A stretch of 61,588 nt of DNA, the filler included, from Choristocarpus tenellus KU-1152 (Eukaryota; Protista; Phaeophyceae): assembly GCA_964200185.2 (NCBI GenBank). It is 10 parts of 10 records of this genome, joined end to end, with 100 filler letters (N's around TTAATTAATTAA, not from the genome) between each part and the next. Parts side by side here need not be neighbours in the genome. Positions count along the whole stretch, not along the records: positions 48,697 to 53,616 come from CAXNAD020012532.1; positions 53,717 to 58,601 come from CAXNAD020012669.1; positions 58,702 to 61,588 come from CAXNAD020023914.1; 7 more parts are not named here. One strand, given 5' to 3'. The notes below the pieces were generated by a model. It had not been told where the DNA came from. It was given only the letters and a program-made list of their open reading frames with translations, and made no database searches. Numbering within the stretch: the first letter of the stretch is position 1; every line of letters begins with the position of its first letter. The position numbers were made by a program, and so were the translations under genes. Shown here piece by piece: positions 48,842 to 60,278 of the stretch.

Positions 48842-51668
48842 CTGCTGAGGAAGGAGGCTATGGTCGTTGGCAACATTGAAGAAGAATGGTTGATCGGATT
48901 GGCGATCAAATGCGGTCTGGGTCGCCCATGTTCGAAAAGCCTTGTCTTTCATCTCTTCCACACCTGCTCACGAAAGAAGAAATTCCAGGCAACGTTTATT
49001 GAGGTCAATCGTTCACATTCTTAGTTTGTGCAAGGCATCTTCCTTTGTAATGAGTGGGAATGGGACGTCCATTCTGTTCAGGACAGTGAAGTGGGTCTAA
49101 ACAGGTGAGAGTCCTCTCGAGACGAACCATCATCAGAAGGAGCTTGAATATCAAAGAGCGACATTCATCCATGTCCAGAAACACTCCACTACTCTGTGGA
49201 GGAAATTGTTGACATAATTGAGTTACTCCCAGCAGGGTCGTTTCCTGTACTGAGCCGCTTAGGCAGGCTAGGAAAAAATCAAACTGAAAAGGCATATATA
49301 TTGAGTATCTCGATTGCCTTGTTCAACAGAAAATTCTGTGCATATCAACAAAAGTTGGACATCTCAGAAGAGAGAGTTTACTGTCACTCGTTGAAGGGGG
49401 AAAAAACGTCCAAGGAGGAAATATTGACTGAGCCATTGTTACAGGCTATGTGTCTTAACAGCGGTTTCATAGATGCCATTATGACCTTGGAGTCCTAGAT
49501 TTTATGCACTTGCAATTAAGAATATGCTTGAAGGGGGAGAGGGCGAAGAACAGATATCTGATTGACTTAATGTGGTACATGAAACATCCACTTGGTGGAA
49601 ATGATGCTTCATATACATTTCCTTTACCCCTTCAATCCTGCCATGGCTTCATACTCCCCAAAGTGGCACGACTCAGTACTTATGTGCAAGTTGTCTCCCT
49701 CTACTGACATGCCCCCTTCTGCAAACCAGTCAATGATTCAAGGAGGGGGTACAGGAAGCAGTAATTTCTTGAATAACATAAATGTAACACACACTTAGCC
49801 CTGGTCCTGGGTTAGAATTAGGGTCAGAGTCAGAGCTAACTAACCCTAATCTCTTATCTTCATTGGGCATGTACACCAAGCCAGGATAGTATTATTCAGC
49901 AGTTGTTTGATTTGTAGTGGACAATGAAAACATATTATCGATAGCTCCTACGTACGACTCAGTATCCTCCACGCCCTCGTAGGCAATTGGGACAAAAAAC
50001 ATTATTGCTTCCTGTGAGCATTTTTTATCGTACAAATTCTGTGTGTGTTTACTAGCAACATGACTTTTTACTCTTACCCATGTCTACTACTTGTGAACAC
50101 CTTAATCACACTTTGCTCGCCCTGGGTCGAAGGGCGGAGTGTAGTTGAGAAAGAGCTAATAAAACGGAAAAAAGGACACACCTCGGATGAGCAGGTTGAA
50201 CGCTTTTTTTGCCATGATTCTGTTCAATGCCTCGAATTTGTTGACCTCTACCTTTGTCGGGAAGAAGACAGACCCATTGGTTGTGTACCCTCCGCCTGCC
50301 CTGTTTCGTTCTTCCTGTTACAAAGTTTTCGGGATGTTCCGACCAGAGTTTCGAAATAGTGAGGGAGCTTAGCCTGCGGCCAGGATGATAAATGGGAAAC
50401 GGGCCGTCCCTTCTGCAAAGTAATAATAAAAATCCTTTGTGGGTGGTAAGATAGTGTACTGCATCGAAGTAATAAATCAGTTATACCACATTTGTATATT
50501 AGGCATACCTTACATCACCGACGACTGTCAAACCTAACCAATTACCCACTTCATGTGAAACACTTGGTTTGACAGCACATTTTGTTGCTGTTGGCATCAA
50601 AAGATCCTCTGGAGGCTTGCTGAGCATCATGTGTGTCGTGTTTTGGAAGTTGAGAAGCCCAGATGCCAAATCTCTCCTTGATGGCAGCAGCTATCCGTAG
50701 AGTCATTGCCAGCACTAATGTAGACAGGGCAGAGGTGCTTTTCTACTCCAGCATCCTACCAAGATCCTCCCTACCCTTGTGGATTTCATCTCTAGTTGAG
50801 ACATTTTTTCTAGGTTTAACAGACTCTGTCACACGCTTGAAAAATCTCTCAACAGAGTGACATCTTTGCAAACTTTGGCGGCTTCAGATCTATTTGGGGC
50901 GAGTCATGCAAGGGCACTGTCTTTCAGGGGTACAAGTAGCAAGAACCACTAGCCCAAACCCGAGGGAAATGGGAACAAACGAAAACTGGAAACGTTCTCC
51001 TTCTCACTGGAACTTCAAGAGATATCGTCCCTTGCATGATTCACACACATGTGCTCTAAGTTAGAACACTAGTAAACCCCTGTTGTTCTCAATATTTCGC
51101 AACAAGACAGAGAGAGAGAGAGAGAGACATAGAGTAGGAGCTTCAGAAGTGTTTACACTGAGTGCCCTTGAGCAAAAGTAATCAGTGTTCTTAGTTCTCG
51201 CTCAAGGACTCACCTCTGTTCGAAGGTAATGGAACTGGTGATGTACTCTTCTCCCGGCCTTCCACATAGCTAGCTCTTCCGATTTCCTGACTTTCTCCAC
51301 ATATCTCCTGGAGTAAGGACATAGGATTGGAAATATAATTTGAGAAGCTGGGGTATATCTGCAGAACCACACTTGTCTGATTGAAGACATGTGTCTACTT
51401 TTGAAGAAGTGACAAAGGTTTAGAAGTATCTGTCTGAGAGAAACGGAAGATATGTAGCATATCTTGTAGCTCCCCATTCGTGTTCGGTGTATTGGATGAG
51501 TGCGTAGTGACTCCCTAAATTGATCTTGTGAGTAAAAGCGATTTACGTGGCTTCCCTCTCCTTTCATGTCTGTTTTACATAGATGCCGGACCTCTCTGTT
51601 TGGCGATGAACCACACGGCATCGTGTTCTTGTTGAAGGCGCAATAAATTCAGGGCCCCCAGGTTTTTC
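48842..51668 (-). pseudogene. Multi-exon gene of unknown function, apparently inactivated (candidate exons 51668-51592, 51307-51214, 50889-~50546, ~50413-50184, ~49496-49388, 48963-48842)
   Basis: Phase-compatible GT-AG exons EKPGGPEFIAPSTRTRCRVVHRQTE-R|RYVEKVRKSEELAMWKAGRRVHHQFHYLRTE|I*SRQSLQRCHSVERFFKRV...; the third exon has in-frame TGA/TAG stops. Confidence 0.45.
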
Positions 51669-53443
51669 CTGGTTGTCCCACAACAACAATAAGATTAGCG
51701 TCGTGAATCGAAACCGTTAGCAAGTAAAATGGGTTGAATAGCCTCGAATAAGGTCCATGTACTCGACTGCAATCGGGACGTGTATGCAGCGAACAAATCG
51801 ACACGCCCAAAGCATTAAGTTCCACTAGCAGAGCCTGCAGCGTGCATATTCGAGCGGAAAGAACTATTCGAAAAATTCTATGGAGTTTTTGGTTTCAACT
51901 GATCGGGACATATCAAATCATATCGATTTAGTTAGTGTTGTCCTACAAACAAGAACATGGATCGACTTTCCTGCTATACCATATGTTTGGTTGGACCTGT
52001 GACTGGTGCCGAGTTTCTTTGGTGCAGAGAGCGACACTAAAGTACCATCAAGACAAGCGGGTTACCCCATAATTTCTAGCAGAGTTTTGCAGAGCAAATG
52101 TCTCCTATTGGTTCAATGTGACACATAGAATATTCTCTTGGTGTAAATGCTTCAACGTTGAAGTTTGCTGCACGGTCAGGATTAGGAGGATCATCCCTGT
52201 GGCATCAATTTGATCCGACCGTGTACCATGTACCCAAGATATGGATTGTCCACATGAGGAAATTGTTTAATTTGACATTTGTCTTCTAATGAGAATGATG
52301 TAACTACTTTCTGCAGACCGTACAGTTATGCTTCGCTTCTGTGTTGCCGATCGATATTCTACACCCTCGAAACCTTCCCTAACGACTCTTAATCGAAAAG
52401 AACGAAAAAAGTATCTATTCTCCACACAACTATTATTTGTTCTTAGATTTCCAATTTCCAAACGACCCATTATCTAAGGTATCACAACATAGTTGCCCAT
52501 TTTTTCCGCATTTTTTGCACCAGATACTGTAGTCCAAAAAATATTTGTTCACCTCTACCCCACCAGTTTATATTTATCAATAGGTACTAAGGAGTACACT
52601 CCCACGACCGTATTCGACTGGTACAACAATTGTAGTCAATTAAGGACATTGGGTTATCCCTAACCCTACCCTAAGCTGTTGGGGAAAAAATCAACTGAAA
52701 ACCCAATCCCCAACATAGTTAACACATTGAAAACAGTTGAGTAAATGAACAAGAATAATGGATTCAGCAATGTGGTATGCGTGTGATAGAAGCAGATGGC
52801 GGTATGGTGGATTGATTTTTTACAGTGGCATTTTACACACCACTGGTATAGCTTATGCTGTCATAACGATCCATCAACCCCCCAATACTTAGTTGGTGGT
52901 AATTTCTAACTCGATGTCAAAATCCGTGGGCTGTTGACAACCTGCCCAAATATACCACCCTAAGTAGCAAGCACGAGCGAAAGATATCCGTGTTCTTCGT
53001 ACATGCTTGTATGTGTTGCATTGAGTAAACAGATTAATGTATTTACCATGTAATGTCCCAATCACACTCAATGCTTGGTATCCCTCTCCACGCAACTTTG
53101 AAGTGTCAACGGAGTCTTGATGCGATAGGATGCGAAGGACTTTTGAAGTGAAATTTATCACACACTTTATTTTTCTTAATGGCATGTCAAGTACTGTACT
53201 CGGAACACTGCATGACCCGAGGAGACACAGCGCTCTTTCTTAGAGTGTGGTTCACACTCAAACGGCATCGATTTTTTCCTCAAGAAAACAGACTCTACTG
53301 CGTGAAATACCTTCAGATTGGGTTCAGTCTATTGCCGTTTCCTCATCGTGACCATCTAGCGCGCTTTCATACCGCTTCGCACTTCAGATATCACACGTTG
53401 TACGCAATATTATGCACGCTGGAATAATAGGAGTCGATAGAAC

Positions 53444-53616
53444 AGGGTCAAAGTATCTGGGGGGGGGGTGTCGGTGTCCGTTTTTTACCCTTTTTTCGAT
53501 TTTCATTTTTTTGGTGTGATTTTGTCACGTGTCGGATTTGGAATGTCAGCAAAAAAAGAGTTGTTTGACCGAAACGGACACCCTCTCACAACCCCCCTCC
53601 CCCCCCCCCCCCCCCC
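53444..53616 (+). mobile_element. MITE family A, nearly complete (contig ends in the right poly-C tract)
   Basis: AGGGTCAAAGTATCTG10TGTCGGTGTCCG... aligns with 539-650. Confidence 0.88.
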
Positions 53617-53716
53617 NNNNNNNNNNNNNNNNNNNNNNNNNNNNNNNNNNNNNNNNNNNNTTAATTAATTAANNNNNNNNNNNNNNNNNNNNNNNNNNNN
53701 NNNNNNNNNNNNNNNN

Positions 53717-53970
53717 GAGTGGAAGTTTTGCCCTTTTTGTCCATTTGGGGCTTGACTTCCTTCCCACAGTTTTTTTATTTCAGTTTTTCCTACTCCAAAA
53801 TTTTTCGGAGTAGGTAAAATGTGTACGTTATGAAAAGGTGTGTCCGGAACAAGGATACTGACATTTCCTAACAAACACGATAGCCAAAATTACATCAAAA
53901 TCGGAACATTGGATTTTTCGCCCCCAAATGGACGCAGCTCTTCTACCTGCCCTCTAAGATTCTTTGACTC
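53717..53970 (-). mobile_element. MITE family C
   Basis: Ends CCCTCTAAGATTCTTTGACTC; internal ACACGATAGCCAAAATTACATCAAAATC. Confidence 0.88.
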
Positions 53971-55200
53971 TGTATCACTTGGCGTTTAAAACCATCATGC
54001 ATGGGTTTTCACGGTATCTTCTAGCAAATTTGACGTCTTACACGCTTCCATACCTATTGGACAAATATTATTATTATTATGATATTATTCTAAATTCCGA
54101 AGATGCAAAACTATTTGAAACTGTCCTAGATCGGATTTCATCGAACATCAAGGAGTATCTTGTCAAGGTCCCCGTAAGAGAATAACGTCAACATCACCTC
54201 CAACATTTGCCATTTTTTTTGTCATCCTGGGTTTAATGAACCACTCTGATTTCAACAAATAAATGCTGTGTTACACCTGGGAACGATGCAATCAAATTCC
54301 AAAGTTAGCTGCCCTGCCCTTTTTTCTTGAACCCCATTGTTAGAAAACGACTTGACCACCTCTCTACATGAGTGTGGTGTTTCCAAGGTATACCTTCTAG
54401 TGACATTGAGATTTCTTGTCGCCTGGTCTATGGTCTAACTGATTCTGTTTAGAGAGTCAAGAGGAGGATGGAGGGGCTGAGTCCTGACACCTAATTAATT
54501 AAATCCAGTCAAAAATAAATATTCAGGTAGGACATTGTTATATGAAGGACACAGCTTACACAACAGCCTACTAAAACAGTTTGATTCATTAGTATGTGAA
54601 ATCAGACCCACAACACGAGTTTTCTTGTTTCCTACTCCTACCAACGGATCCAGCACAAAACATGTAACATATCCTAACACGTTATTCCTGAAAGTATTAC
54701 AAAAATAGCTATTGATAACAAACTCCGCTTGAACTCTACCCCACAAAGCAACATCATTTTTTTGGGGGGGGGAGAGGATACGGTATTTGTTTGTTTCACG
54801 GCGATTGATAATGACGGGAAATAATAGACTTTTCGTGACGGAAGAAAGCTTGAGCTACTTGCGGACGTGCACATGGTCCTGTACAGGTTCTTTCCTAAGA
54901 ATTGAATATTTTGAAGTAGGGTTGTGGGATGTTTCTTTCATTGTTGAGCAAACCAGACCTTTCATGTGCTTGGAAGAGAATTGTTGTGTGCCTGTTGCAG
55001 ATCTCTCCAAGAATATAACTACAACAGCACAACCACATTCAGTAGTATTCACTACTACATTGGTTGGTTGTTGCTCCCATCTTTACTATGACTCTTCTTG
55101 CTGTCGCTAGCACTGGTTAAGCTTAGTAGGTACAGCCTACATACCTTGGAGGAGAGAAATAACAGGAGGAAATAAGTCATCTCCCTATTTCTTAGCAATT

Positions 55201-55383
55201 GACTCAGAGTATCTGGGGGGGGGGTAGGGGCTGTCTATTTTATTTGGGGCCCATTTTTCCATGTCGCGATTTTTGTGTGATTTAGTTGCACACGTTGGAT
55301 GGGTAATGTAAGTCCGCTTCTCTGGGTCAGGGCCCGAATGAATGGACAGCCTGGTGTAGATCCCCCCCCAGATACTTTGACCC
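55201..55383 (-). mobile_element. MITE family B, complete, TSD ATT
   Basis: GACTCAGAGTATCTGGG...CCCAGATACTTTGACCC; ATT at 55198-55200 and 55384-55386. Confidence 0.88.
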
Positions 55384-56145
55384 ATTGGTGTGCCACGAGA
55401 GTCATGGTGTTTAATAAAATAAAATTACTATCTAATCCCACCATATATTGCCCAACCTGTAATTATGAAAGGTAGGGTCCACATCCCTACAATGTTTCTC
55501 AATCATTTTGTAATCTGGAACGCAGGGGGTTTGGTTACTCAGAACCACCTACAAAAATGGTACCTACTTAACTAGTCATGATGCACACCTTGTAAAAACT
55601 CTTGTTCCCCTAGGTCTTGTTGTTTACCAATGCCTTGAGCCTTCTACTCATCATTCCAAGAAGAGGATCAAGTATCGCAAAATCACATCCCATTGCACAC
55701 CTACCTTAAAACAATCAGACACAAAGCAGCATTGGCATCACACCCAAATTGTCGTCTACATGGTTGATCTGTTCTCCCCCTCTGGGATAGCACTTACATC
55801 TATACCCAAATACTTAGGGTTAGGGTTGGAGCAGTATGCCCCCAAACCAAGTAAGCCAAGGCTCCAAAGTCTGGAATTAAGCCTTTCCTAGTGTGTTTGG
55901 AGTAGTATTTCCAAGGCGTACATCAATAACAGCAATGAACTACTTTGCTTCAACGAGGCGGTCAATCACTCAAAAGCAAACACACCACCTTCCCCTGGAT
56001 ACTTAGACCAATAAGAACGACTATGTAACACACAAAAAAAATGATTCCCACTTTGTCTACATGTAGTGTTGCAGACACACAACACAGATACACAGATACA
56101 CACAGACACACACACCCAAAAGCTCACACCAACACAAGCATCAAA

Positions 56146-56250
56146 TCAAACCAGAAGGTTTGCTCGGGGAGGAAGGTGGGGCTTCTCAGCAGCACGTAGA
56201 AGCTTGAACAGTCCAGTACCTACTGGAATGGGAATGCCCATGATGATACA
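56146..56250 (-). CDS. RPC1: RNA polymerase III largest subunit, terminal exon
   Basis: After acceptor TTGATAG: [34 protein letters not shown], matching the conserved RPC1/POLR3A C-terminal (GVSE)CIIMG.P...GTGLFKLL motif; no CTD heptads. Confidence 0.88.
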   Translation of the reverse strand, partial: CIIMGIPIPVGTGLFKLLRAAEKPHLPPRANLLV

Positions 56251-56568
56251 CTATCAAGCAAAGGTTTAGAGTAGGTCAAGTGGCGGGGGGTGAGGAGGAG
56301 GGAGGAGTTTGGTTTGGTGTGGTGGGTTAAAAGCATTCAAACTGAGTTTGGTAATTTAACCAGCCTCTTTCATTACCATGATGACAGTGTGTGGTGAGAA
56401 GTGCTGGGAAAACTATACATAAGGAGATGAGTGTAGCCAGCGCATTCAGAAACACACAAGCCTAGAAACAGATAAATGTTTTGATGAAGGGATGAATGAT
56501 GTCTTTGTTTAATCCAACAACAACTGCACAGAGCGTATCTCCAGTAATGCCCACTATTTGCATACCCT

Positions 56569-56836
56569 GGTGAAAAGTATCTTATTTAGATAGGGTACGA
56601 GTTTTGCCCTGTTTGTCCCTTTGGTGCTTGACTTCCCATGGTTTTTTATTACGACATTTTCCTAATCCGAAATATCTCGGAGTAGGTACAATGTAGTATA
56701 CGTTATGAAAATGTGTGTCTGGAACAAGGATATTGACACTTCCTAACAAACACGATAGCCAAAATTACATCAAAATTGCAACATTGAATTTTGGACCCAA
56801 ATGGACACGGCTCTAGCCTCTAAGATACTTTGGCTC
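56569..56836 (-). mobile_element. MITE family C (within the presumed last RPC1 intron)
   Basis: GGTGAAAAGTATCTT...CCTCTAAGATACTTTGGCTC. Confidence 0.88.
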
Positions 56837-58276
56837 ACAATCATCCCATCCTCAACTACTGCCCACAGTAACACGCATAAAAGACACAAGTGCATACAAA
56901 AAAAAAACTGCCCCTCTGGGATCAGGTGCACACGCCCATGTTTTTCTTTTTCTTTTAAAGTCTGTTCCAACTTCAACAGTGGGATTCCGGTGAAACCAAA
57001 AAAGCCTGTAAGGGAATCCACCTCAAAGTCTAGCGACAATCTTTAACTACTTCGAAGTATAGCAGAAAACTGTGGATACCGCTAAATATTGTCATACCAC
57101 CCTCTTTCCTTTCTACCTCTCTCCAATCTCTGGATTCGAAAACTATTCTGAAGAGATTCGAAAACAAAGAACTTCGTGTATTACCTTCAGAATAATTCTA
57201 TCAGTAGATCTTTGAAGGATAGATCGGGCAGATCAGTATCATACATAAACTGCACGACTTAGACAATGTGTTAGCAGATAGATGGCTGTGGAAACACACA
57301 AAAGCATTATTTGCTGCAGTTAATATCTAGAGCTGCGGACCTAAGGATTTCCAGACTAGAACTAAAATATACCGCCTGAAAACAGATTTGATGAAACTGT
57401 TAGATTCGATGTAACTGTTGTTGGGGCGTAGGGCAAAAAACTCCCTGCATTAAATGGAGCCCCTCAGGAAGCAGGAAACTCTGTCTTACACTCCTTCTCA
57501 GGCAGTTCCGTAGCCATAATTGTGTAGTGACACCTTGCAACCAATGTACTAAGTGACGTGGTTCTGCGGCCTCTCAGGCATTCAGTCATACATCTGCACT
57601 ACTTGTACACGACAAAACAATCTAGAAATCAAAACCTTTTCATTCCAGTTATCTAGATACTTCACCAAAAATTAACCGAACCCGATTGAATTGTCATGGT
57701 TCACAACACGACCAGTTTCCATCGATGCACTTAGTGCTGCTACTATTGAAAATACTTTGTGTTGCCCACAAGCTACTACTCAACAAGTAGCTGTAGTCCT
57801 CCAATAGGAGCCTAACCCTAACCCTAGCCCCCGCTCCACCCGAATAATCTAAAGCAGGTAAGTTAATCTGCATCCACATCTAACAACATTACTATCATTT
57901 TCACATCCCCCCCACTAACCCTAACCCTAAGAAACCTAGCGTAACGCTAGATGACAAAATTAAAAAAATTAAACTATTTCCAGATAATCCCCTCACCGAA
58001 ACTCCGCAAAATAGATCCACAAAAAAAAAAATGTTTGGAAGGAGATCAACGATAGAATAATAAAAAATCTAATCCTAAACGTTCTTCTTTGAACGTGATA
58101 ATTGATCCCGCTGTCAGTAAAGCTAGAATAATTTTCCACAGAAAATAACAGGTCAATTGTAGAATATATATTTTTCTATATTGCTGGGGGGTGCGGCATC
58201 TACCTGCCCAGCGTGATTTCGTTTTGGGGTCCTTACATATAACGGGCCTAGGAAGATCAACAGCAGAATGCACTTG

Positions 58277-58531
58277 GAGTGAAAGTATATCTTTAGAGGG
58301 TACTTAGGGTTAGGGTTAGGGTATGAGTTTTGCCCCGATTGTCTGTTTGAGGCTTGGCTTCCCACGGGTTTTTGATGCCATTTTTCCTGCCCCAAAATGA
58401 TTTCGGAGTTAGGGTTAGGGTAAAATATATACCTTATGGAAAGGTGTGCCCCGGAACAAGGATACTGACACTTCCTAACAAATCACGATATCATAGCCAA
58501 AATCACACCAAAATCGCAACATTGCATTTCG

Positions 58532-58535
<4 letters not shown>
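58277..58535 (-). mobile_element. MITE family C carrying two internal telomeric runs: (TTAGGG)3 at 58304-58321 and (TTAGGG)2 at 58409-58420
   Basis: Other copies read GAGGGTACGAG and GGAGTAGGTAAAAT at these positions. Confidence 0.88.
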
Positions 58536-58568
<33 letters not shown>

Positions 58569-58887
58569 ACCACCTTCCCCTCCTTTTTACAGTCTTCACT
58601 ANNNNNNNNNNNNNNNNNNNNNNNNNNNNNNNNNNNNNNNNNNNNTTAATTAATTAANNNNNNNNNNNNNNNNNNNNNNNNNNNNNNNNNNNNNNNNNNN
58701 NGGGGGTGAAACAAAAAACGCTCCATCACCGGAGAAGGAGCCCCGAACCTCTATTTCACATCGGGGTTACTCCGTCCCCCCCCCCCCCCCCCCACTCAAT
58801 CTGCCCCACCGCTTGTGTTCAAACTGCCAGACTGATGTTTCCTGTGCATTCTCCCTTCCACTTCCTGTGAATGTTTCGAGCAAACAG

Positions 58888-59079
58888 CTGTTCCGCGTAG
58901 ATCGTGTTGTGTTCGGTGCACCTAACCCCACCCTTGGGGGTGCTGGGGGTTGGATCAATCTCCTTGAAAACAAACACGCCTTCCATGCCTTGGAGATACA
59001 AGGTGGGGTCCTGGCAACAGAGTGCGCTAACCTGGTCCGCCGCTTTTTTCGAAGGGAACGGAAGCGAAACAGTCCCTGA
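58888..59079 (+). CDS. TadA-like tRNA adenosine deaminase (cytidine/dCMP deaminase family), terminal exon
   Basis: After acceptor CAAACAG: LFRVDRVVFGAPNPTLGGAGGWINLLENKHAFHALEIQGGVLATECANLVRRFFRRER, the R..R.VFGA.N...G...GVL..EC..L...FF...R C-terminal signature of TadA. Confidence 0.85.
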   Translation: MFRVDRVVFGAPNPTLGGAGGWINLLENKHAFHALEIQGGVLATECANLVRRFFRRERKRNSP

Positions 59080-60009
59080 CCAGCTGCACTCATGGCATCA
59101 GGGGCAATAGTAGTGGGGGCAGAGAGGGGAAGGGTTAGCGCAGTGTACTTGCCCGTAGTATGCTAGCATTTGTCAAGAGATTGGCGAGCAGTGTGCACTT
59201 CTGTACCAGGAAAGGACTTGTGTGACCAACCTGGAGGACTTGTTTGTGCTATTTTTTACGTACTGATACTGTTGTGTCGTGTTGTGTCGTGTTGTTTGTG
59301 CTTTTTTTGTGTCTATTTTCTTTTGTTGTATGCCCTGCTCTCTTCCCTGTCTCCATGGGCTCTTGTTGGCCGTTTGTGATATCACATAGTTTTTCTTTTG
59401 CAGCCTTGCATATTGTATCTTCAAATGTGAGTGCATGTGGGCTTGATTTCTTCCCACACCCAGAGATAGAGGGGCCAACTTCAAAACACCATCCAGGTTC
59501 TGCACTCCTCCATTCAACGAAGGATGCTTCCATGATCCTTATTATTATTATTGGGGCTGTCCTGCTTTTGACAGTCCCTGCACCTATCCACCATTGCTCA
59601 AGGATACCTACCTACCAACTGTTACTTAGCATTTACTCCTTGTGTGGATAGCATCTGAGTTGTATGCCCCTATAATCTCAATATGGTGTCTTGGGCAGCA
59701 AGGAGGAAAGTGTGCATGCGTGTGTGTGTGTGTGTGTGTGTGCTTGTGTTTTTTTCTCTCAGTTTTGTCATATTTTGAGTCTGGCTGTATGCTGTACCAG
59801 CTTCTGTTGATCTGCATCAAGTCCCTCATCATCTGCCTGCCTCTCCCTCCCCAGTGCTTGCAGCTTGTTTCTTTCATGTCGTTTCATGTACATACCTGAA
59901 TTACATACCTGAATTCCTCACCATCACATGACAACTAAATTATTGCTATTAGTGTATTGGTGGATGAGGTATCAACATACCTTTGTTGAAGAGATATATG
60001 GGGGAATAT

Positions 60010-60278
60010 GAGTGAAAGTATGTTAGAGGGTACAAGTTTTGCCCTGTTTGTCCGTTTGGTGCTTGACGTCCCACGATTTATTTTTTTTATTCATTTTTCT
60101 TAATCCAAAATGTTTGGGAGTAGGATAAAATGTGTATGTCTGTTATGAAAATCCGTGTCCAGAACAAGGATATTGACTCTTCCTAACAACACGATAGTCA
60201 AAATTACATCAAAATCGCAACGTTGGATTTTTTCCCCCAAATGGACGCGGCTATATCCTCTAAAAGATACTTTGGCTC
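60010..60278 (-). mobile_element. MITE family C, complete
   Basis: GAGTGAAAGTATGTTAGAGGGTACAAG...AAGATACTTTGGCTC; no clear TSD. Confidence 0.88.

Noticed and set aside
57811-58420. True chromosome end
   Set aside because: Runs are only 2-3 units, in both orientations, and internal to an intron or MITE.
56146-59079. Functional RPC1-TadA tRNA-related cluster
   Set aside because: The exons lie on different contigs separated by an artificial linker.
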